Source: Deltaproteobacteria bacterium
GTDB taxonomy: Bacteria > Myxococcota_A > UBA796 > SXON01
NCBI GenBank assembly: GCA_947486185.1
Contig: CANKTH010000003.1
Location: 13,581 to 77,580 of the forward strand
DNA: 64,000 nucleotides
Direction: 5' to 3'
This document shows positions 57,476 through 64,000 of the stretch, in pieces (within the stretch, counting starts at the first letter, position 1; every line of letters begins with the position of its first letter). The position numbers and the translations under genes are program-made. Under the pieces are notes generated by a model. The model saw only the letters and a program-made list of their open reading frames with translations, was not told the origin of the DNA and made no database searches.

Positions 57476-58717
57476 GTGACGGAAACAGAACTCGAGTCTG
57501 CGTTGAGTCGGGCCCTCCTCGCCGAGCGGCAGGAGAGCGCACGCCGTCTGCTCGCGGTGCGTGCCTTGGGAGTACCGGCGTGGGTGCTGGCTTATCTGGG
57601 TTACGCCCAGGTCGTGCACTCGGGGATGCTCGACCTCTTGCCCCTCCTGGTGACCTATGGGGCGCTGGGAATCCTGCTCTGGGCCGCTGCTCGTAGGTGG
57701 GCGCGGGTGCTCGACCGCTCCTGGCTTGCCTTGGTGGCGCTGGACATCCCGTGTGTGCTTTTTCTTCAGGTACAGACGCTGGAAATCCAGCCCTGGGCTG
57801 ACGAGGTCACCTACGGCTACACCTTCGCGATGGTGATGCTTCTCATCATGGCGGCCCAGCTCTCCCTTCAGCCCCGAAACGTGGTGCTCGCGGGCGTCCT
57901 GGGGACGCTGTCGATGTTGGCCTTCCAGTATGGGCGTGCCTATACGGTGTGGGACGGCACGGCGATCCTGCTCTTTACGAGCTCGACCGCCCTGCTGTTC
58001 GGCGCGGCGGCCGGGCTGGGGTTCTATGTGCCTTCCCGGATACGGGCGTTGCTCCGGCGGATCACCTCCGAACAAGCCGCCAGGGCCCGGCTCGGGCGGT
58101 ACTTTTCACCCGCGGTGGTGGATCGGATCACCGTCGGCGGGCACGTCCCTGGCGCAACCGAGGAGCGCGAGATCACGATCTTGTTCTCGGATATACGAGG
58201 ATTCACCGCCGTCAGCGAGAGGCTCACCACCGCCGAGGTGGTGGCGTTGCTCAATGAGGTACACGGCGTCATGGTGGATGTGCTGTTCCGCCACGGCGGT
58301 ACGCTCGACAAGTTCATCGGTGACGGCATGATGGCGTGGTTCGGCGCGCCCCTGGCGATGGAGGACCACGCTACGCGCGCGGTGCGGTGCGCGCTCGAGA
58401 TGCAGCTGGCGATCGAGCGGATGAACACGCGGCGGATCGACCGGGGGGACGCGCCGGTCAAGCTCGGCATCGGGCTCCACACCGGGCCGGCGATCGTCGG
58501 CGACATCGGGGCCGAGCACCGAAAGGAGTACACGGCGGTGGGCGACGCGGTGAACCTCGCGAGTCGGATCGAGGGGCTCACCAAGGATCACAGTCGGCCG
58601 ATCCTGGCGTCAGCCGCGACGCGGGCGGCGGCGGCGCCGGACATCGTGTGGACCGCGATGCCCGAGGTGGCGGTGCGAGGTAAAGCCAAGATGATCGCTA
58701 CTTTTGCGCCGAACTGA
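57476..58717 (+). CDS. Membrane-bound class III adenylate cyclase
   Basis: About 6 TMs; FSDIRGFT, DKFIGDG, GIGLHTG, YTAVGDAVNLASRIE (Lys/Thr pair indicates ATP specificity). Confidence 0.92.
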   Translation: MTETELESALSRALLAERQESARRLLAVRALGVPAWVLAYLGYAQVVHSGMLDLLPLLVTYGALGILLWAAARRWARVLDRSWLALVALDIPCVLFLQVQTLEIQPWADEVTYGYTFAMVMLLIMAAQLSLQPRNVVLAGVLGTLSMLAFQYGRAYTVWDGTAILLFTSSTALLFGAAAGLGFYVPSRIRALLRRITSEQAARARLGRYFSPAVVDRITVGGHVPGATEEREITILFSDIRGFTAVSERLTTAEVVALLNEVHGVMVDVLFRHGGTLDKFIGDGMMAWFGAPLAMEDHATRAVRCALEMQLAIERMNTRRIDRGDAPVKLGIGLHTGPAIVGDIGAEHRKEYTAVGDAVNLASRIEGLTKDHSRPILASAATRAAAAPDIVWTAMPEVAVRGKAKMIATFAPN

Positions 58718-58729
58718 GCCTCCGCGTTG

Positions 58730-59914
58730 TTATGCAGGCAACAGCGCGTACACCAGCCCAACCAGCGTGAGCCCGCCCCACAGCACCACCCCCGCCCTCG
58801 GCCACCAGGCGGCTTCGGCCTTACGGTCCAGGAAGCTCCCGAGCGCCTCCTGATCCGCCGCCCACAGGGACGCGGGACGCTCCAACGAGAGCGCCCGGAC
58901 ATTATCTGCTTCGCACCAGGGGCATCCGACGAGCGCGTCGGGCGTCTCAGGTAGCGGGCCCGCGCAGGACCGACACCGGAGCGGGGCGCCTGGAGCTTCG
59001 GGAGGGCGGGCGGCGAACACCGAGGCCAGCCCGGGTAATGCGGCCCGCCGGCGAAACTGCAGGTTGCTCAAGCTGATCAGCGCCATGGTGGCGGACGCCC
59101 CCGCGGGCAGGAGCTCCGCCCCGGCGCAGCCCAGGACCGGTACCAGGTAGGGCGATACCACTGAGGCCAACAGGTAACGGTTGGCGACCGCGGCTTCGGG
59201 CTGCTCCAAAGCGGCGTTCAGCGCGCGCGTGAGGGCCAACCGTTCCCCGTCGGCGCGGGTGGCTGCGGCCAGACGGCGCTGTATCGGCTCATGTATCACA
59301 ATCACAGAGTCGCAACGCCAACAACGTACCTCGGGCCGGAGGGCGACCGGCGCGGGCGCGCCGCAGGAGGGGCAGCGGAGCACCTCGGGTGGTCCCTCGT
59401 CCGACACGACCGAGGGGGCACAGGCGCGTTGGATGTTGTGGAGCAAGACCTCAAACGACCGCTGTTCTTCGGGATCGGTCGAGACCGCGAGCACCCGCGC
59501 CTCGCCGTTCCGGAGCCGGAGCACGAGCTCCTGCTGGGCGGTCGCGCGTCCGTTCACCGTCACCACGACGTTTCGGTTCTCACGGAGCGCGCTGTGCGGG
59601 CCGTCGATCTGCTCCCAGGCGAGCAGCTCCTTCTTGCCCCGAAGCACCCGGAGCCCGCTCGTGGAGAGCTCGACGTCACTCGCCCGATCGCGCCAGACGA
59701 GCCAGTGGAAGAACACCGACGCGCCGAGAAATGCGACGGGTACGAAGGGCATGACCGTGCCTTCGGGTTCGCCCAACAACCCCGCGCGGAGCTGGAGCCC
59801 GATCATGGCGCCGCCGCACACCGACGCAAAGGCAAAACCGACGGCGAAGATCCGGTACACGACCGTACTGGCGCCGGTCTGAAGGGCCACACGCAGCGAA
59901 GGTGCACCGTTCAA
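58730..59914 (-). CDS. Hypothetical membrane protein with two Zn-ribbon (CxxC pair) modules
   Basis: CPSC/CWRC and CRSC/CPWC; N-terminal TM pair, central and C-terminal TMs; ATGA-type 4-nt overlap with the upstream gene. Confidence 0.65.
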   Translation of the reverse strand: MNGAPSLRVALQTGASTVVYRIFAVGFAFASVCGGAMIGLQLRAGLLGEPEGTVMPFVPVAFLGASVFFHWLVWRDRASDVELSTSGLRVLRGKKELLAWEQIDGPHSALRENRNVVVTVNGRATAQQELVLRLRNGEARVLAVSTDPEEQRSFEVLLHNIQRACAPSVVSDEGPPEVLRCPSCGAPAPVALRPEVRCWRCDSVIVIHEPIQRRLAAATRADGERLALTRALNAALEQPEAAVANRYLLASVVSPYLVPVLGCAGAELLPAGASATMALISLSNLQFRRRAALPGLASVFAARPPEAPGAPLRCRSCAGPLPETPDALVGCPWCEADNVRALSLERPASLWAADQEALGSFLDRKAEAAWWPRAGVVLWGGLTLVGLVYALLPA

Positions 59915-61224
59915 GGTGTATAACCGAGGGCCTTCAGCGCCTCGGCCTGGTCGGCGGGGACCGGCACCGGGGCGACACCGCTGAATTGCCCTGCACGTTC
60001 GCGGCCTTCGTTATACCGTGCTTCAAGTATTGTTTTCATTCGGTTTACCTCTCCCATCCGGAGCCCCGAGATGTCTCGCAGCTCGGTCGGGTCCTTCGAG
60101 AGGTCAAACAGCTTGGCGTAGCCGTCGCCCAGGATGAGCTTCATCCCGTTGGTGTCGATCGCGGCTCGATAGCCAGCATATTCGGCGTAGGCGGTACGTA
60201 ACGTCGGCGCCTCGCCGCGCATCGCGCCGGCCTGCGAGAGGCCCTGCCACCGGGGATCGGGCGTCAGTCCGGCGAGATCGACGAGCGTCGGCGCCACGTC
60301 GATGAGCTGGGTCCAGTGGCTCAGTCGCACTGCGCCTATGCCGGGAGCCTTGATAATCAAGGGTATACGTATATTTTCTTGATACACGTGCTCGTGGAAG
60401 AATCGGCCGTGCTCGTAGAAAGCTTCCCCGTGGTCGCTGGCCACCACCACGATGGTGTTGGGGTCGAGGCCGGAGGCGACGACGAAGCGCATCAGCTCGC
60501 CAAACTGGTGGTCCCAGTAGGCCACGGCACCGTCGTAGTAGGAGAGCAGTGCTGCTCGATCAGCCTTGGAAGGGACTTTTCCGCCAGCGACGAAGTCCTG
60601 CTGGATCTGTTTGTGGGTGCCGTCGACCGGGCCGGTGTAGTCGCCCCGGTACTGGGTCTGCCAGGGCTCGGGCGGTTTGTAGGAGGAGTGAGGGTCCATA
60701 TAGTGCAGGTACAGGAAAAACGGTTGTTCAACACCGATCTGTCCCTGAAGCCATGCGGACGCGGCTTTAGTGAGCTGCTCGGCCGATGGCCCCTCGGCCA
60801 TGTCCCCATCAACCCGGTCGTAACGTTCAAAACCTTGGGCAAAACCTCTTTGTCCATCAATCACCACGGACTTGAGCAGCGCCTGGGTGCGGTATCCCGC
60901 CGCAGCGAAGGTCTCGGCGAGGGTGGTGTGACTGTCCGAGAGCGTGTCCGCCTCCAGCCTTTTTCCCTTACGAAACTGCAGGGCGCGGTGGGCTTGGGGG
61001 TCTACTGCGGTGAACAAGGAGGCGATCGCGGGTACGGTCCAGCCGGCCTGGGTCACGGTGTTTTCGAAGACCGCCGACCGTTTTGAGAACCGTTCGAGGT
61101 TGGGCGTCGAGCTCCTCTCGGTGAAGCCGTAGGGCGACAGGCGATCGGCGCGGAGACTCTCGACCACCACGAGGATCACGTTGGGCGGCGCGGCGAGGGC
61201 GAGGTGGAGGAGGGCGAGCAGCAT
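59911..61224 (-). CDS. Secreted sulfatase-like alkaline-phosphatase-superfamily enzyme (Thr-type)
   Basis: Signal peptide MLLALLHLALA; NVILVVVESLRAD, TPNL, GWTVPA..SLFT, YLHYMDPH, SDHGEAF.EHG; TACGCT 6 nt upstream. Confidence 0.85.
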   Translation of the reverse strand: MLLALLHLALAAPPNVILVVVESLRADRLSPYGFTERSSTPNLERFSKRSAVFENTVTQAGWTVPAIASLFTAVDPQAHRALQFRKGKRLEADTLSDSHTTLAETFAAAGYRTQALLKSVVIDGQRGFAQGFERYDRVDGDMAEGPSAEQLTKAASAWLQGQIGVEQPFFLYLHYMDPHSSYKPPEPWQTQYRGDYTGPVDGTHKQIQQDFVAGGKVPSKADRAALLSYYDGAVAYWDHQFGELMRFVVASGLDPNTIVVVASDHGEAFYEHGRFFHEHVYQENIRIPLIIKAPGIGAVRLSHWTQLIDVAPTLVDLAGLTPDPRWQGLSQAGAMRGEAPTLRTAYAEYAGYRAAIDTNGMKLILGDGYAKLFDLSKDPTELRDISGLRMGEVNRMKTILEARYNEGRERAGQFSGVAPVPVPADQAEALKALGYTP

Positions 61225-61280
61225 CCGGCCAGCGTAGCCGCAGCGGCGCACGGCGAGAAGCGCTGGGATAGGGGGGCGCT

Positions 61281-62321
61281 ATGAAGCTCAGGCTACTCGA
61301 CTGGCTCGCGTGTCCCGCTTGTGGCGGGGACAACCTGCTCATCGACATCGTACGAGGGGAAGATCGCCCGGCCTTCTCGGGGCACTGGGAGCCCGACGAG
61401 TCAGTGCCCGGCGCCGGTCGGCGAACGCTTACCGAGGTCCGAACCGGCACGTTGCGGTGCCGTCAGTGCCAGAGCAGCTATCCGGTGGTGGACGGTGTGC
61501 CCCGCATGTTGCCTCCCGAGACCGACGCGGGGCCGGCCTCGGGGCACCGCTGGACGGAGTTCGGCCGCTCCGTGCCCGAGTTCGAAGAGAACTTCAACGA
61601 CCTCGCCGCGCCGCTCAAGCCCACAGACTGGGCAGGAAAGCTGGTGCTCGACGCGGGGGCGGGTTTTGGGAGGCATGCCTATTTCGCCGCCCGTTATGGC
61701 GCCGAGGTGGTGGCGCTCGACTCCAGCGCGGACGCGGTCGCTTCGGCGTCGCGGAACCTCGGCGATCTGGTACGCGCGCACGTGGTCCAGGGTGACGTGC
61801 GGCGCCCGCCTCTGAAGAAGCGCCTGTTTGATATTGTATATTCCTTCGGCGTGCTCCACCATGTCGAAGCTCCCCACAGCACCTGGTTGGCGCTGGACGA
61901 GCTGGTGCGCCCGGGAGGTCGTCTCTCGACCTGGACCTACGGCCCGAGGCAGGGGCTGGTGAAGATCGCCAACGGCGCGTTGCGGGGGGCGACCCGGGAG
62001 ATGAGCTCGGAACAGCTGCACCGCTCCAGCCAGGTGATCGCCGCGGGCTTGAGGATGTTCTCGCACACGCCAACGCGGATACTGGGCGGGTTGCCAGGAT
62101 TTTCGTCGGTGGTGACCCACCTGCCCGTACACGATCACCACCGCTGGCCCTTTGAGGTCGTGGTGGCCGACGTCTACGATCGGCTCCGGGTGCCGGTGAC
62201 CGCCACTTTTCCGGGAGAGGAGCTTGAACGCTGGTATGCCGAGGCGGGCTACGCCGACATCTATGTGTCGCGCCGGGTACGGAACACCGAGAGCTTTCGA
62301 GCGACCGGGGTCAAACGCTGA
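61281..62321 (+). CDS. Trm112-like Zn domain fused to a class I SAM methyltransferase
   Basis: LLDWLACPAC ... LRCRQC...YPVVDGVPRM; VLDAGAGFGR, FDIVYSFGVLHH, RPGG. Confidence 0.85.
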   Translation: MKLRLLDWLACPACGGDNLLIDIVRGEDRPAFSGHWEPDESVPGAGRRTLTEVRTGTLRCRQCQSSYPVVDGVPRMLPPETDAGPASGHRWTEFGRSVPEFEENFNDLAAPLKPTDWAGKLVLDAGAGFGRHAYFAARYGAEVVALDSSADAVASASRNLGDLVRAHVVQGDVRRPPLKKRLFDIVYSFGVLHHVEAPHSTWLALDELVRPGGRLSTWTYGPRQGLVKIANGALRGATREMSSEQLHRSSQVIAAGLRMFSHTPTRILGGLPGFSSVVTHLPVHDHHRWPFEVVVADVYDRLRVPVTATFPGEELERWYAEAGYADIYVSRRVRNTESFRATGVKR

Positions 62322-62356
62322 GCCTGGGGGCCGGGTCCCGGCGGGGGGGGGCGGGC

Positions 62357-62869
62357 ATGACGCCGCTTCGCGGTCAGGACACGACGCCTGAGACCATCGA
62401 CGGGCTGCTCCTGGCGTGCCACACGCGGATCCGAAGCTACCTCGCGGGACTTCGGCGGCTGCTCATTCAGCCGGACCTCGGCGATCCTGACGTGGCCCGC
62501 GCGGCCGCCCAGGCGTGGCGCTACTTCTCCGAGGCGCTGCCGCTCCACGCGGCAGACGAAGATCACTCGGTGGGCCCTCGGCTCTTGGTGCTCGAGCCTG
62601 GGTTTGGCCCCCAGATCGAGGCGCTTCATCAGGAACACGAACGGATCGAAGCGGGTCTTGGTCCGCTGCTCGCCGCGCTCGCCGCGCTGCGGGACGGGCG
62701 GCCGATGAGCCACGCTGAGCTTCGTGAAGCGGTCGAGCCCTTCGCCACCCTGCTCCTCCAACACATCGAGGACGAGGAGCGATGGTTGATCCCGGCGACC
62801 CACGGCTTTTCAGCGGAGGTCCAGGCGGTGCTGGTGCGTGAGCTACGGCAGCGCCGCAGCGTCGATTGA
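62357..62869 (+). CDS. Hemerythrin-like domain protein
   Basis: LLACHTRI, LHAADEDH, LHQEHERI, QHIEDEE (HHE-type ligands). Confidence 0.85.
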   Translation: MTPLRGQDTTPETIDGLLLACHTRIRSYLAGLRRLLIQPDLGDPDVARAAAQAWRYFSEALPLHAADEDHSVGPRLLVLEPGFGPQIEALHQEHERIEAGLGPLLAALAALRDGRPMSHAELREAVEPFATLLLQHIEDEERWLIPATHGFSAEVQAVLVRELRQRRSVD

Positions 62870-62875
62870 CGGCTG

Positions 62876-62969
62876 GGGTCCAGCGCCCGGGGCTGGCGGG
62901 TCCAGGGCGGCGCCCTGGCGGGTCCCGGGCGGCGCCCGGGCGGGGCGTTGCGGGGCGGAGCCCTGCCCC
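62876..62969. repeat. Three tandem 22-bp REP-like hairpin units plus a related hairpin
   Basis: gggtccagcgcccggggctggc, gggtccagggcggcgccctggc, gggtcccgggcggcgcccgggc, then gcggggc-gga-gccctgc. Confidence 0.75.
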
Positions 62970-62990
62970 AAAAAAACCCCGATAAAGGTG

Positions 62991-63896
62991 TCAGAGAACG
63001 ACCCTCGGGGCTATGAACACCTCCGCGATCATACAGCGCGCGCTGCCGCCGCCGACACGCTCGATGGTCGGGATCGACACGGGGAGCAACGACCCGAAAG
63101 CTTCGAGAAAACGCCGACTCTCGGGTCGAAGGGCGGCGAGGGCCCCGGTGGAGAGCACCACCACGGGGCCGGCCCGTCCGGCGAGGGTCAGCTGATTGGC
63201 GGCGAAGGCGGTGTGCTCCTGGGCGTCGAGCCTCAAAACGGGGCGCGCCAGCCGGTCCAGGAGCGCGCGACGGGTCTCGGGCGTGACCACGTGGTCGGAC
63301 AGCACGGCGAACCGGTCATCGATAGAGAGCAGGATGTTGGTGTGGTAGGGGATGGTGCCGCGATCATCAGCCTCGAAGCTGAAGCTCTCGTAGGCGACGG
63401 CCTCAGCGTACCGGCGGAGGCCCGCGGTGGTGGTGCGGGGCGAGCGCGCGGCGTAGGCGACCCGGGCGCGTCGATCGAGGACGACGCTGCCGGTGCCTTC
63501 CAGAAAAGCACCGTACAACTCTCCGTCCGAGAGATCGATACAGGTACTGATACAGAAGCGTGTACCGAGCTGCCGGAGGATCTCCGGGCGTCGTTCGGCG
63601 CGGCGGTTGGGCGTGGCCATCGCGTGGAGGACCACGGTGCCGTCGTGGTAGGTGGAGAGCCAGTTGTTGGGGAAGACCGCGTCGGGTCGCGGTGGCACGG
63701 GATCGTCGTCCACCACGAGCACCTGAACGCCGGCGTGGTCGAGCAGGGTCGCGAGCGTGTCCAGCTCCGCGCGGGCCTGCTCGGCGACGGCGACGGCGGC
63801 CTCGCTGGGCCGGTGCTGCAACGGGTTGGAGGCGGCGGTCTCGGTGTTGAAGCCGAAAGCGGCAGGGCGAATGAGGAGGACGGCGGAGGCGGGCAT
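62991..63896 (-). CDS. Amidinotransferase-family protein (CtlX-like citrulline utilisation hydrolase)
   Basis: IRPAAFGFN.ETA..N, PDAVFPNNW, FLEGTGS.VLDR, YHTN, GGGSARCMIAE. Confidence 0.88.
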   Translation of the reverse strand: MPASAVLLIRPAAFGFNTETAASNPLQHRPSEAAVAVAEQARAELDTLATLLDHAGVQVLVVDDDPVPPRPDAVFPNNWLSTYHDGTVVLHAMATPNRRAERRPEILRQLGTRFCISTCIDLSDGELYGAFLEGTGSVVLDRRARVAYAARSPRTTTAGLRRYAEAVAYESFSFEADDRGTIPYHTNILLSIDDRFAVLSDHVVTPETRRALLDRLARPVLRLDAQEHTAFAANQLTLAGRAGPVVVLSTGALAALRPESRRFLEAFGSLLPVSIPTIERVGGGSARCMIAEVFIAPRVVL

Positions 63897-64000
63897 CGGC
63901 GTGCGGGGAAGGACGGGGAGTGTAGCGGGACGGAGCGGGTCTGGTGCTTCCGGGTTGGCGGCGGTGACGGTCCCACCGCCCGAATCTCACAACCCGAGCA

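Noticed and set aside
62952-62976. Hairpin plus A7 as an intrinsic terminator
   Set aside because: The plus strand has A's after the stem and the minus strand has T's before it, so neither orientation gives hairpin-then-U.
1-64000. tRNA, rRNA, parS sites, transposases, prophage genes
   Set aside because: None recognised by eye; a tRNAscan/Rfam/HMM run would be needed to exclude them formally.

Overview
High-GC chromosomal segment, most likely from a Myxococcota-like deltaproteobacterium (inferred from a MYXO-CTERM-type tail, Cys/Asp-rich 'DCDD..P...E.CD..DN.CDG' repeat proteins, PilT paralogues and FHA/Ser-Thr kinase modules). It holds the replication locus dnaA-[oriC]-dnaN-recF on the minus strand, but without the usual gyrB and rpmH neighbours. 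Around it lie the recN 3' end and a coupled operon (methyltransferase, VanW, 5-oxoprolinase, pseudokinase), a HEAT-repeat-PilT fusion paired with a second PilT, an ECF sigma/anti-sigma pair, an RPH/PigC-like phosphotransferase, an FHA-wHTH + kinase-WD40 + secreted-protein module, an orphan DNA methyltransferase, two SGNH + polytopic membrane protein modules, speA-pepF, surface adhesin-like proteins, two Thr-type sulfatase-like enzymes and signalling genes. I saw no rRNA, tRNA, CRISPR array or transposase. Most notable: (i) the HEAT-PilT/PilT pair, with an apparent frameshift near its N-terminus; (ii) a 191-bp highly structured insert flanked by CTAG repeats whose removal re-abuts two genes; (iii) an FHA-wHTH/kinase module with a pho-box-like direct repeat and an in-frame TGA; (iv) a recurring TAnnnT-N6-start signature of leaderless transcription; (v) a probable CTG start for recF; (vi) an unannotated 53-aa membrane ORF coupled to a prepilin peptidase. 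All calls come from motif reading by eye; no searches were run.
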